This document shows, piece by piece, positions 11,380 to 25,000 of a stretch of 64,000 nt of DNA. The position numbers and the translations under genes were made by a program. Numbering within the stretch: the first letter of the stretch is position 1; each line of letters opens with the position of its first letter. The DNA is from Cenococcum geophilum (taxonomy: Eukaryota). Where the stretch lies: assembly GCA_050273025.1 (NCBI GenBank), contig CP158635.1:6944001-7008000 (forward strand), given 5' to 3'. Under the pieces are notes generated by a model. That model was not told the origin of the DNA and did no database searches. It saw only the letters and a program-made list of their open reading frames with translations.

Positions 11380-11809
11380 ACGTATCAGCCACCTAGTCGA
11401 GCTAGCTAGCTACCTAAGCCACCCTAAAACCCACCAAAAAGTCGCATTTTTAAAGGTTGATAATTCCACAACAATAAAGCCAAAATTGCTAAAATTTTAG
11501 ATATAGTTATTCTAAGACGGCCTAATACTATTTTACTTACCTATAACGTGTATAATTAGGGCGTTATGTTAATCTTAAGAAATGGGGGAAAAGGTGAAGA
11601 AATTTATATAGAGAAAATGCGTTTTCCCTTTCCATTTTAAGCACGATTAAGAAAAGATATAAAGAGTATTATATTCTTAATTTTTATATCTTAAAGACGT
11701 AGTGTTTAAATTTTTATAAAATTTAACTAAATGGTTGTTTAGATGTAAGGCTTTAAAAATGCGACTTTTTAGTAGGTTTTAAGGTAGCTTAGGTAGCTAG
11801 CTAATACGT
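11380..11809. mobile_element. pogo/Pot2-like MITE
   Basis: Termini ACGTAT(C/T)AGC, ~55-bp subterminal inverted repeat (..AAAAAGTCGCATTTTTAAAG), flanks TA/TG. Confidence 0.8.
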
Positions 11810-12123
11810 TGCTATAAGGCTAAAGTATAGGGTTAGCGGCGGTTAATAGGTATACTACCTTACTGTCTATAAGTCTAGCTATATATAAATAACTTTTAAC
11901 CTACTCGTAAAGTATTAGTAACCTACTTATATAAGCGAGCCTTTAGAATATATCTTATAGTCTACTAAATTTAGATAAGCCCTAAATAGAATAATTAGGA
12001 TTTTTTATACCAGGTATAGAAAATCACTATTAGCTTAGTTAAATGCGGGGAAGTCTTAGTAAGGCAAATCTAACTAATTAGATAACTTTAACTAATAGTT
12101 AAAGTTTTTTAATATCTTTGCAC

Positions 12124-12435
12124 TGTTATGGAATACCCCTATAATGCCTTATATACGTCTACCTATTTCTACCAACTTAATAACTAAAAACCGACCATAA
12201 GATAGCAATCTAATGGCAATCTGCGGCAATCTAACGGCAATCTACTATATTCTGCTATATTCCGCCAAGTTCTACCAAATCCTACTAAATTTAGCTAATA
12301 ATATATACCCTTTCTTTCTATTTTCCTACTCTCTTTCTTTATATAACGTTTTACTTTTATTATACAGTTTATATATATAGTTTAATAATATTTACTTCGC
12401 TATGTATTATTGTCGCTTATACTTACTTCGTAACA
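12124..12435 (+). mobile_element. Solo LTR, family A
   Basis: TG...CA, homologous to 35607-35965; RIP-compatible TSD TGCAC/CGCGC. Confidence 0.85.
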
Positions 12436-12802
12436 CGCGCTATGGATATATATAAATAACCTATAACTTACTAGCGAAGTATATATACCTATCTTTTTAT
12501 ATATAAAATTAGGGCACTCTTTCCCTTCTAATTTTCCCTTATTAAGGTTTTTATAGGGGTTTATTAAGGCTTAAGTACGTAAAGAATTGGGGACAACCCT
12601 TTTTAAAAGGGGGGGGGGTATTATTAAGTAAAGCCTAAGCAGATGGTTATATAGCCGCGAGGTATATACGCTATATATACCTAGGGAAAACCCTTTCTTA
12701 CCTTGTATATAGACTCCTCCTTTCTCTTAAGGATTTGTCTATCTATATAATATACCCTATTATTCTATTAATTAGACTCTTTATCTATATCCTTACCTTA
12801 TA

Positions 12803-13130
12803 TACCTAACGTACTAAGTATATTCTTAGAAGTTAGGTTATCTATTTAAAGGATTACAATCCCTACCTAGATAGTTCTCTCTCTTTATAGTAAATCTTAG
12901 AATAAAACTAAAGTTAATCTATTAGGTATATACTCTATAGGTATTAAGCGTCTTCTCTTTTTTATCTATTTATATACCTAGCCTACTATGGTTGTGGTAG
13001 GTAATAGCGAAAATACTACTAAAAGTAGCGACAGCAATAATGCTGTTAAGGGCAACGACTTTAGGATCTAAAGGAGATACTAGTATATAGGATAACAACT
13101 CTTAGCTAATTATTATAGTATAGGTAAATA
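12803..13130 (+). mobile_element. Fragment of a family C-like LTR and gag start
   Basis: Matches 37170-37480 (GATAGTTC...GTTAATCTATTAGG; ATGCTACCAAAAGCAG-like start). Confidence 0.65.
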
Positions 13131-13428
13131 AAGATTAACTAAGTAGCTTTTATTGAGAAACTTAATAATTTAGGAATATAAGATATTAAAATACCATTTA
13201 GAACCTTTATAATTATTAATTAATTTTTTAGTTAAGAAATCCTTCTAATTAGGGGACCTAAAAATTTCTAAGGTAGGAATTAAACGTATAAACCCTTTAT
13301 TAGTTAGTATACTAGAAGTAAATACTACTAAAAGTTAAGAGGTAAAGTAGGTTATTTTATTATTACTATCTTTCTAAAATAGGCCTAGGCGTTAAAAGTA
13401 AGGAAATACTATTTAATTATTATATACT

Positions 13429-13540
13429 AGGCTCTATAAAATCGGCCTCTATACCTCTACGTAGTAGAGCCCAGAAACCTAGCAGTACTATTAGTGTTTT
13501 ATTAAAATCGTGTTAATAGACTATTAGAGTCGACGCAGAG
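13429..13540 (+). ncRNA. HDV-like ribozyme (RIP-damaged)
   Basis: P1 AGGCTCT/AGAGCCC, P2 CTCTAT/GCAGAG, P3 ACC/AGT, L3 TCTACGT, P1.1 partner AG, long P4, J4/2 GTCGAC (catalytic C>T). Confidence 0.75.
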
Positions 13541-14383
13541 ACGTATATACGGTAGCGCATCGCGGGCGCTACGACGTAGTAGCGATAGGAAAAAATTTCT
13601 TACTAGGAGGGTAAGCCCTAGTAAAGACTTAAAATATAGCTACTACGTCTCTTAATATATAATTTCGAGCTATTAAACTACGGTAATCTACCTCTAATAA
13701 ATCCCTTCTTTCTATATAGTATAACTATATACGCGTAATTAAACAATATACCTTATAGGTAGAAGACCTATAATAAGCCTCTTAACTACCTGCCTTATAT
13801 ACTACTTTATCTATTTAGCCTAAATTTACTAAACGCACGGCATTTAGTATTTCGTCTTCCTCTATATATTAATCTACCTAGCTTTATTCTAATATTGTTA
13901 ATAGTATAGGTACTTAGCTAGGAGTATAATACTAGATTAAGTATATTATTAGATATAGAAGATAGGGACCTAGGATAAGATACCTAGTTTATTCCACTAT
14001 TCCTTTAGGGTAGAAGGTTATATAAAACTAGATTTATACTATAAGTAGGAGAACTATAGATAATGTATATATATATATATAGGGAAGGAAGGGTAGGTAT
14101 ATAGAAATCTTATAGCAATCTATAAAGTTATAAAAGTGTAATATAAGTGGTAGATAGAGTAAGATAGGAAATTAGGATACTCCCTTATAAGAGTCTTAGA
14201 ATAGCGACCTAGTAGTATTTTCCCTCCTATTGATATAGTACGGGTATATTACCTAGTAAGGTATATACTATATTACCTCTTACGTCTCCCTTAGAGGTTT
14301 TTTATACCTATCTTACGGTATTAGTCTATATAGACCTAGATAGTAACCGTATTAGATATTAAATAGAATTAATAATAATAATA
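13429..14383 (+). mobile_element. Ribozyme-headed SINE-like non-LTR retroelement, family X copy 1
   Basis: HDV-like fold at the 5' end, 3' end homologous to family Y, (AAT)n tail, 7-bp TSD ATATACT (13422-28, 14384-90); homologous to 28583-29295. Confidence 0.8.
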
Positions 14384-14911
14384 ATATACTTATTTAGCTA
14401 TTTAACTAGATAACCTCTCTTTAACCTATCTATATAAAACTTATTAGTAAGAATCCTACTATTAATACAATAAGGATTACTATCTCTATAGAGATTGGAT
14501 ATAGTCTTATATTATTTTTAAGCGGTTTAGGTTATTATATAAGTTTATAAAGTTATAATTATAAAATACAAAGCTAATCTTAAGTCTCTTTTCTATTAGA
14601 CCTCTTTACTTTCTCTTTTATATCTTATTGATTTAAGAATATCTTTATCTTTATCTTTATCTATAAAACTATACTTCTTTATACTAGACTTAATAAAAGC
14701 TATATAGCGTACGCGAACTTATAGTCTACTTTTAGAAATAAAATTATTTTATTTTAAGGTCTTAAGCTATAATTTAATGTCTTTAACTATATAGGATAGC
14801 AGATTCTATTTAGTAATATATATACTTAGTCTTACTAGCTGGTTAAGAAATTTTCTAGTAATACTTCCCTTAATATAATAATACTATAGTATATTATCTA
14901 TTTAACTTAGG

Positions 14912-15119
14912 CGTTACGGGAGTCACCCGCGTACGTTCGTTCCGTAACACCTACGCACGTCCTATAACTACCTCTATTTCTTTAACCACGTTAACTTAAC
15001 CTACTGTTCTCTCATCCAAATATCTTTATATCAACCACGCATAGTTACGCGTACGTAGCCTTCTTAATTACTACCCCGTTTAGTATATTGTATTCTAGTT
15101 TATGCCTACTTTCATAACA
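14912..15119. mobile_element. Solo LTR (208 bp)
   Basis: CGTTACG...CATAACA ends; TSD TTAGG/TCAGG; higher GC than the flanks. Confidence 0.75.
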
Positions 15120-17177
15120 TCAGGTATTAGATATTAAGTGGCTATAGGCGTTTATTTATACTAGGGGTAAAGTAAAGGCTTTTATCTCTACCTTTTTAAT
15201 TTTTCTAATTAAGCGGGTTAAGGTTAATCTTAGTTATTAATACGCTAGTATACTAGATTAAAAGCATTTAAAGTGTCTTATCTAAACTTATTATATCTAT
15301 AAAAAAGGTTTTACCTAGGGCTATATAATTACAAAGAGTATAGGTAATACTAAGCAACTAATATATCTATATAGCTTTACCCTTTTTTATATTATATAAG
15401 TAGAAGGTTACGTTTTAAAGGGTGTTATAAATAGTTAACGGAAATAAGAGGACTGTGGCGCCTCTACCTATAATATTAGGTTAATATATACTTCTTGTAC
15501 GTTCTTTAGGCAATTAACTTTCTAATTAACCTTCTTAATTTTATTTTTATACTCATCTTTTAGTTCCTTATTAGTTACAATAGAGTTTATTAAAGTATTA
15601 AAGTGGCGGCGCTCCTATATACTATTAAGATTAATTTTCTTAATATATATTAGGTTAGGGTTATTATTTATATCCTTAAATAATATATTAATAAATATTT
15701 CGCGATTAGATATTAGCTATTTATTATACTTCCTGTTATCTTATCCTATAGCATTATATTAAATATTTACACTTTATCCAAATTTACGCCTTTTAAGAGC
15801 TTTAATTTATCTAGTAGAGACTAGTATTTACTACTATAGGTCTAGCTATAAGTAGTTTTAATTATAGCTAGCTATATAGCTAAACATAGAGATCGTTGGT
15901 ACCCCTTAACGAAAAATTTAACCCGAGTTTATAAGTAATAAGCCAATTAATTAACCCAAAGCTTTGATTTAGAGTTTTATTATATGCACTTTAATTAATA
16001 TATATAGAGATAAGGTTTTCTAAGGGGAGACCCCCTAGGACCCCCTATATAGAGCTTTTACTTAATTTAGAAGTAGTAATAAGATTACGGCGCCTTAGTT
16101 ACTACTAGGTAAGGATTTACTATAATAACCAAGACGCCCTACTTAAGCTAGGCTTAAAGATTATATTGGTTACGGATCTAGTATATATTTAGACTATAGA
16201 GCTTTAATATAGAGCTCTTTACGTAGGATCTAATATAGTAGATTGTAATTCTAATTTAAAGCTTTATATACTAAATATTTTTAATTCCTAATAACTAAAT
16301 CGTCGTATAGCTAGAATTAAAGTAAGTCTATTACCCTAACTCGGTTAAATACGCGTATAAGAATATATATTCTAAAATATATTATATAGCTAAACGGAGT
16401 ACTTGTAGATTTAGAACGAGTTAGGTATACAATCTTAGGCGTAAAGTCTTATTTTTACAAAGATAGGATTATAGTGATTAGTTACCGCTATAATAAAAAG
16501 GGACAATATCCGGAAGAGTTAAAGGTCGTAAAGATTATTTACTAAAAAGACTATAAAGATATAATATCCGCCTAAGTATTCCTAGGAGTTATTATATATT
16601 ACTAAATATAGATAAAAGACTTTGCAATTAAGGTAGAGCTAATCTTCTAACTACTAAAAGTAAATATTTTATATATATAGGATATAGAGTAGATAATTGC
16701 TATAAAGACTCTATAGTATACAATTACTACTATACCTATATTAATTTAGCTGAATTATAGTAAGGGGGCTAAGCTAATTATTCTTACCGTTAATAGATAT
16801 AAAAATTAATAGGGGTGCGGCCTTATATAACTAAACGTATAAGGTTGTTATTACCTATATTAATATAAAAGTAGTATCTAGTTTTAGATAGAACTGAAAT
16901 ATAATTTAAGAAAGTTTAAATATTAGGTATTACTATATATATTAAAGAAGTGGTATATATACCTATACGGCGTTTACTTTATAGTAGAGATAAAATATAA
17001 ATACTTTAGTTATATAACTAAATTGTACTATTACTAACTTACCTAGAGCCTTAATAATAAGATAGCTAGTATAGATTTAGCTATAGGACTTTAATATTAT
17101 ATATATACTGGGAAAGAAAAATAGCCTAGCTAATAGACTTTTATAACAGCTACCTAATAATAAATAACCTAATAAGG

Positions 17178-20100
17178 TGTTACGGCTTGTATAAATACCT
17201 CTAAACCGAAGCTTATAGAATACTGTATTACAAAGATACTAAGCTAAGGAGAAGGAAAAGGGGGTTACTAAAACTAATGTAAACAAATATATAGGGTAAG
17301 CCGCTAAGGCGCTAGCTTTAGGCGAGCTAATTATAGGTCGGCAAAATATAGCAGAATTTAGCAGGTAACGTACGATAGCGCCGTTATATCACCCCCCTTT
17401 TTAAAAGAAAGCCTGCCCTTAGGCTTAGTTAGAAATAGGACAGCACTAGGCTTATAAAACGTAAGATTATAAAATATATAATAAGGTGGAAAAAAGGGGG
17501 TATATATGTGTTCGAACAAAGTATAAAAGGCGACTATAGGTTAGATGGAAGTACTAGGCTAAAAAGAATAGCCATTAAATAGTCTTAGTAAGGATTTAAC
17601 TAATTAGATAACCTTAACTAGCGGTTAAAGTTCCTAGATATCTAAAATTTTATAGTACTAGCAGAAAACAGCTGAATTTAGCAGAATTTAGCAGATAGCT
17701 ATATTAGTGCTTTAGGATGTTCTTGTCCCTATACTTCTCCGGTAACTTATCGCCTTTATTATATTAGCATTTTATCTACTTATCTAGGTATTTTAGGGGT
17801 TTAGGTATGTTAGGGTATTAGTTATAAAACTCTTTAAGCTTCTAGGGGTAGCCTATAAAGTTCTATATAGGATACTAGGTTAGGTCTAGGTTATAGCCCT
17901 TTTATTAGACACGGTATTTTAATATTCCCTATACTATCTTATAGGCTAGTATTTTAGTAACTTCCTATTTATTATTACCGTTTACTTAAATTAGTAGGGG
18001 AGACTTATTTTTTTGTCCGGGTAATAGGTTATTTATAGCTTTCTATAGCTTATTTAGTAAGAAGATAGGGTACACCCTAATTAAATCTAGGAGCTTTACC
18101 TTATATAAGTTGCCTATCTTTTTAAGAACCTTATACGGCCCTACTATCTAGTAGTTTAGCTTATAGCTAGGTCGTTTAGTTTTCTAATTCCTTATTATAA
18201 CCTAAACTATATTACTAAGGGCAAAGTTAGGCTCTTAACGGTATTTATTCGCCTACTATTTTGTTAATCTCTAGGCTTTTTTTAGGTTCTTATAGGCTAC
18301 TATCTAGGCTTCCTCTAAGCGTTTAGTGTACTATTAGGCCTCGCTATAGAATAGCTTTTCTGTAAGCTTTGCAGTGTGTGGAATTAAACGAGCAACTTAA
18401 TTGTAAATCTATGGAAATCAAGTGATATAAATACATGAAAGTAGACCCCTAACTCCGGATCCCATGAGTCATTTGAACCATATCCGAGACATGCAAGGGT
18501 AGTGCTGACGCAGGTGAAACAGGGTAATATGCAAGGTCCGGTAGTCGGTTACATTTTTTTATATAGTTTAGGGTTCTTTTAGCCTTTTCTAGTTAAAGCT
18601 TATATAGGGTAAGTATTCCATTTCTAGCTAAATTGGGGTAAACCCTATAAAGTTATAAAGTAGGGTTACTTAGGCGTAGTTTATTAAGGGTAGTAGTTTA
18701 GACTAGTTATTTTAGAAGTAGTTAATAAAGGGCCTAAGCCTCTAGTCTAGGTACTAATTTATAATCTCTATCTAACCGTCTATTTAGGGATAGTAGGCTA
18801 TAAAAAGCTTTAGCTTGATGCCTAAGATCTAGGTAAACTTATTCTAGAAGGCTAATATAAACTATGGCCTATAATTAGACATAATAGTATCTAGTAGTCT
18901 ATAAATTTAGTAGATGTAGTAGATATATAACTAGGCTACCTCTTTAGCATTAATATTTTTATAACAGGGAATTAAGAATAGGCGTTTGCTAAAGCGGTTA
19001 ACTATAACTATAACTATATCATATCCGTTACGGTCTATAGGTGGTTTATAAAGGTTTATAAAGATATACTGCTAAGGGCGCTCTAGTATTAGGAGTGGCT
19101 TAAGTAATCCTAGGGTTTTATTTTATAGGGTTATAGCTCTTTAGCAGTCCTTATAGTTCCATATATATTAATTAATATCTATAATTATTCTTGGTTAGTA
19201 GTAGCGGCAGTTAATAATTTTATAGGTTTTATTTTTACTAGGGTATACTATAGAGACTTAGGAATAAGCTTCGCGGATTAGTTCCGTCTATAGATTATTA
19301 ATATTAGGGACTATAAGCCGCTTCTAGTATAGGAGCAATCCCTCATCTATTTTAAAATTGGTGTTTTTTTTTACGGCTTAATTATAGAGGGCCCTTAAGG
19401 TGTTAACTATGCAGTTTACAGTTAAAAGGCAGTTAATTAGCCCTATTAGTTCGTCTAAGGACTTCTATATTAGTACTATCTTATTTTACTAAGAGTTTAG
19501 CTCCTTAAGGATTTATAGGTTAAGCTATTCTAAATAAAAAAGGGTGCGCGTCTAATATTAGGTCTTTAGCTTATCCTAGGGTCCTATATCTTATTCTCTT
19601 CGGGTTAGAGTATTAGCCTTAGAGTTTTACTTACTAGAATAATATATAATTATATAATAAAAAATTAGGAGAATATTTTGGCCTACTAGGCTTATTATCT
19701 AGTAAGCTACTTTATAGTTATAAAGTACTTTAGGGCGTTATAATCCGTATATATCTTAATTTAGGAGTTTATTTCTTTAAGCTCTATATACTATTAGGAG
19801 AGTAATTAAATAATAACTAGCATTTCTTTATTATATACTTTATAGTTATACTTAGCTAGGTCTATTATTTTTAAGAAAAAAGTAATAGAGTACTATTTAT
19901 TATCTAGATATAACTATAATAGGATTCCCGCTATAACCCTATTAGAAGCGTCCGTTTCTAGCATTAATTTAAGGTCTAGGTTATAGTAATAAAGGATTAA
20001 GGAGGAGAGAAGCTAATCCTTTATCTCTTTAAAGGCTTTTATATAGTTATTATTAAAAATAAAAGGTATATCCTTTCTAGTTAGTTGTATAAGAGGTTTT

Positions 20101-23100
20101 GCTATAATTTTATAGTTATAGATAAACTGGTAGTAGAAGTTATAAAAGCTAAAGAAAGATTAAATCCTTTTTACTATATAGGGGGGCTTCTAGTTATAAA
20201 TTGCCTCTACCTTCTTAGGGTTAACCTTAATTCCTTCTATAGTTATAATAAACCTAAGGTATTTTATACGTTTTACCCTAAACTTATATTTCTTAATATT
20301 AACTTATAAGCCTATATTCTGTAGTTTCTCTAAGACCTTCTTAATATAAACTTAATATTCTAGTTTATTATCCGAGTATATAAGAATATCATCTAGATAT
20401 ATCGTGCAGAATTTATTAAGATAATTAAAAAGAACGTTATTTATATACCTTTAGTATATAGCCGGTCCGTTTATTAGTCTAAAAAAAACATTATATTTAT
20501 AGAAACTATAATGGGTATAGAACGTTATTAAATCTTTAAATATAGGGTCTATTTTAATTTAGTGGAAAGCTTAATAGATATTAAGTTTAGTAAAGATCTG
20601 TACCCAACTTAGACGTATAAGGGTTTTATTAATTAAAGAAATAGGGTACTAATCCCTTTAAGTAATAGTATTTAGCTTTTAATAGTTAATATAAAAATTA
20701 AGGCCTTTATTAGGCTTTTTATTAAATAAAATAGGGGAAGTAAAAGGGGCTTAACTTAGCTCAATAAACCCTTTACCTAGGTTATTAATTAAGTACTACT
20801 TTATTACTTTTAGCTTATCCGTTAATTATTAGTAGAGAGGGCTATAGCCTAGTAAGTTATTAGCTTTTAATTAAATTTTATAATTATATATCTAGTAAGG
20901 GGGTAACTTATCTAAAGCCGCTTTTAAAAATACGTCCTTATAGTTTGTATAAATAGTAGGGAGAAGGCATTTAACTAGTTTCTTATTAGTTCCCTTAGCT
21001 AGCTCTTCTTCTCTATTATTAATAATTTAGTTAATCTTATATAAGCTTATTATAAAGACCTTATTGTCCTTCTAGTATATATTAAAGTAGAACACCATAG
21101 TACTAATTACAGCGATATCTACTATAGGGGGGTTATATAATAATAGGGGCGTATATAACCTTAGGGGCTTCTAGGGTACTGGTGTTATTATAACTTCTTT
21201 TAGCTCCTATTATATCTTTAAGAGGTTACCCCTTATATCCTATTAATACGTTCTTTTCCATACTAGTTAAATCTACGCGACTTAGACGTCGTCTATATTA
21301 CTACCTATCCTACTATTATATATAGAGTTCTCTTTAAATATAGCACTTTAAGAGAGTATTTTTATTAGTATGGAGTTCTTTCTAGCTTTATAGCGGGCGT
21401 CTTTTTAGGTAAAGGCTAGGTTACGGGCTTGGACATTTTACTAGTAGGTAGGGTTAGCCTTTATAGCTAGTGTCTTATAGTTAGTCTAGATTTCCCTAAT
21501 AAAGGAGGGCACTTTTAGTCTATTCTCTAGCTATATAAATTGTCTTTATTATATATTTAGCCAAATATTAAAATAGGATATCTATTTTTAGTTAAGGATT
21601 ATATTATAAGATTCTAGGTCTAGGATATAAAAGGGGATACTATATTAGCGTCGTCCGTTAAGAGCGATATATACTTTTAAAATATAGGTAACCAGCTAAC
21701 CGGCTTAGATATTATAGCCTTTTACCTAAATAGGCTTCTCTAGTTAGGTGGCTTTTATATTTAGAAACTTAGCAATATTATTTATATAGGCAGTATTTAT
21801 AAAGGCAAAGCTATTTACTCTAGTATTAATAAGGGTGGTTATATTAACTCTATATCCATTTTAAGATACTATATATAGAACTATAAAATACTTTCTACCT
21901 ATTAATTAACTAAGATTAATAGGATACCCTAGGGGAGAGTCTTTCTCTAGAGTTCTTCTTTTCCTAACTTATTAGACGTTTCTCCTTCCTTTATTTCCTT
22001 AATATTGCCTATATCCTTTAGCTCTAGGCAAGATAAGGTAAAGTAACCCTTCTTATTATAGTTATAGCATATAGCTAAGGTAGGGTTAATTAGGGTATTA
22101 TAATAAGTATTGGTTAATAGTGTAGTATATAGCTAGTCGGGCAAGGCTTGCCGGTATATAGATATAACCGCTTTTAGTATAAAAGCCGTTATAGCTTATC
22201 TTCCTACTCTAGCTTTAGTAAGTATAGTTAACAAGTTTTAACTACTATAAGCCTTTTTTTATTAATTAAAACGGGTATTAATTTGCTTTAGTTGTAAGTC
22301 TAATAATAGATATTAGGCTGTAAGTCTTTAGTAGGTCGGTAGGTCGTCTAAGGCTACTACGATTTTCTCTTATAGTTAAACCATTAGCTTATTATATAGG
22401 TCCAAACGGTAGTTCTTAAGGGGAACCTAGCCTTCGCTTGCTAGGTATAAGAATTAAATTTAGAACTTAGTAAAGAATTAGTTTAACTTTATTATTAAGC
22501 TATTATAGTTATAACGCATATCTTGTACTTTATTTAGGTTTATATATATAGCGGCTAAATACTATAGTATTTTACTAATAGATATAAAGTAGATAAGGGA
22601 GTCGTTCTTAAATTTAGCTTAAAGGTAACGTTAGGCATCTCCTATAGTTTAACTAAAAAGGTACAGTATCTTAGCTTCTTTAGAGGGGAAATGGTTATAG
22701 TTAACGTGGAGTTTTTCTTATACTAGATCCTCTAATTCTTAAAGGAAGGGTCTATCCTATTAAATAGGGGTTATAGGTCAGGGAGCTTAACGGACTTTAA
22801 TTACTTTATTATTGTATCCGTACTCCCTAGTATATTATATTTAGTAAAGTAAATAGGTTAGCTAGGGCTTTAAAAAGGGGAAGCTAGGCTATTTTATAGG
22901 GCTATAAGGCTTTCTAGAATCTCTTATTGGGTCTCTTATATATTTCTTATTTTAAAACAATTAGCTTTTTAGCTGGCCGTAAGGGCGTAAATCTGCTCGC
23001 GTATATCTACAACGTTATTATTATCTTTGATTTCTAATTCTAATTAAGTCTTAGGTTCCTTTTAGGTAAAGGCAGCTCTCTTAAATAAGCTTGCTTTAGG

Positions 23101-23445
23101 TGCCACTGTTAGCTTCTTAGGATTTACAAGTATTATACGTTTTAATTCTAGGGGTATAGGTCTAGTCCTATCTGGCTTATAAAGTAGGATATTATTAAGG
23201 CCTTCCTAGGCAGTATAGGGTAAGCTTAGTATAATATTACGGCTTATGCAAATGCCTCTAAACCAAAGCTTATAGAATGCTGTATTACGAAAATACTAAG
23301 CTAAGGAGAAGGAAAAGGGGGTTGCTAGGACCGATGTAAACAAATATATAGGGTAAGCCGCTAAGGCGCTAGCTTTGGGCGAGCCAATTATAGATTGGCA
23401 GAATATGGTAGAATTTAGTAGGTAATATGCGATTGCGCCATTATA
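17178..23445 (-). mobile_element. Full-length Gypsy (chromovirus) family B, copy 2, RIPped
   Basis: 211-bp LTRs at 17178-17388 and 23235-23445, TSD TAAGG, PPT complement near 17390; colinear with 46747-52936. Confidence 0.95.
18361..18553 (-). mobile_element. Copia-type solo LTR related to the 6644 element
   Basis: The minus strand starts TGTAACCGACTACCG and ends CACACTGCAAAGCTTACA like LTR 6644-6878; TSD TTTTC/TTTTT. Confidence 0.85.
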
Positions 23446-23699
23446 TAAGGTAACTAAGGATATTAAAGAGTTTATTAACTATAAGCCAAGTGCCTTAAAA
23501 TATACGGCTATTCCTCTTAAAATAGAAGCGGGTCTACTATTAAGAGACTTATATTTAGAGGAATCTTAAAGGATTATAAAGTGGCTAGTAACTGTATAAC
23601 GTCCAAAAGAAATAAATACTAAGGAATTTAAAAGGTTTAAATAATATACGTTAAAGTTCCTAGTGCGGAATTAATAGGTCTTTTACTAGTAGTTAAAAA

Positions 23700-25000
23700 A
23701 TATATTAATAAAATATAGTATAAAGTTAAGTAAATAGGCTATAATAAGACTACCTAAGAACTACTATAGAATCTAAAGAACACTATAGGAAAGGTATGGG
23801 AGTATTAAAAGAAAATAGATTAGATAATATTAAAAAGGAGCTAAAACTAAAAGAATTAGTTAAGGGTAATAGACGACTCGGAGTATCTAAAGGATCTACT
23901 ACTAACGTATTTTATTTCCGCCTTAACTTAATTAAAATCCTTTTTAGCCTCTTTAGCCTTAAATTTAGCTAAACCTTACTTAGTAAGCTTTAACCCCTTT
24001 AAATAGACCTTATTATAACCCTTTTTAAGACGGGTTAACCGAGTATAAGTAGCTAGTTAAGCGTTAAATATTTACAACTCTTTGTTATAAAGACGCTAAA
24101 ACTTCAGCTAGGCGTACTCTTGCTTATCGCGTAATAGCTATAGATTATTATAGGTAGCAAAAAGTTAGTCTTTTAACTTTTTAGCAGCGGATTAAATCTA
24201 AGACCTTTAGATAAATTAAATAAGGTTCTAAATATATACAGAAAACAATAAAACGTATATACTTAGCGTTAAAGACGGACTAAATATTATAGGATAATTA
24301 TATATTTGCTTACGTATACTTAGCATTAAAAAAAAGGTTAGTAACTAGATAGAGCCGTAATTATAATATATACTGATTTCTTCTCTATATAATAAGAATA
24401 GGATAGTATAACTTTACTAAGTAAAAAAATAATAGTTACTAGCTAGTTACGATAATTATATATAAAGGATTTAATAAAAGGTATTAAAATAATAAAGGTT
24501 ATTAAATTAAACATGGGAATGCTATACCTTTAATAGACGACTTAGAGATAGGAGATATCTTTAAGGATAAAAAGAAAGAGAAGGGGGATAGTATTACGGA
24601 CCTTATATTAGCAGTAGTATAAATACTAAAAAAAGATATAAATAGGTTAGTTAAGATAATATAAAAGGTACTATAACTAATTAAGCTATAAAATAAAGGG
24701 TAGCTAAGTTATACAGCTAGTTACGTTATAAGTTTAGAACGTAGGAACGTAAGGGATATACTAACGTACTAATATACCAACGTACTTAGTATATCCCCCA
24801 GGCGTAGTATTAAATACTTAAAGGATTATAGTCCCTACCTATATAGTTCTCTTCTTTATAATAAATTTTAGAATATAATTAGAGTTAATCTATTAGGTAA
24901 CCTACTCTACTAGTTATATTTATATTATTAACTATTTTATACCTATATACCCAGCCCATTATTAAGTCCACTGTGGCATTTCCTATAAGGCTTTATTATA
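23700..25000 (+). mobile_element. 3' portion of Gypsy family C (chromodomain end, antisense gene, PPT, 3' LTR 24592-25000)
   Basis: Colinear with 61490-62759. Confidence 0.88.

Larger units (their letters stand above)
11333..12800 (+). mobile_element. 3' end of another Gypsy element (family E): chromodomain-like remnant, PPT and 3' LTR
   Basis: De-RIPped LLVKYW.PTY.SEPLE motif near 11900-11950; PPT AAAAG(10) at 12605-12618 followed by an LTR-like sequence; LTR end approximate. Confidence 0.55.
16330..23700 (+). mobile_element. Gypsy family D pol fragment (RT, RNase H, integrase start), split by element B2
   Basis: De-RIPped DLERVGCTISG.KS.F, RAFLG..YYRIWIKDFA and RNase H motifs at 16330-17177; resumes after the TSD at 23446. 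Confidence 0.75.

Noticed and set aside
15890..16330. CGTTGGTACCCC as a possible DNA transposon end similar to 5792
   Set aside because: No matching opposite TIR or TSD was found.
20085..20309. Small ORFs inside Gypsy elements (also 5455, 39434, 47527, 52654)
   Set aside because: They are chance antisense frames in RIPped gag/pol/LTR sequence.
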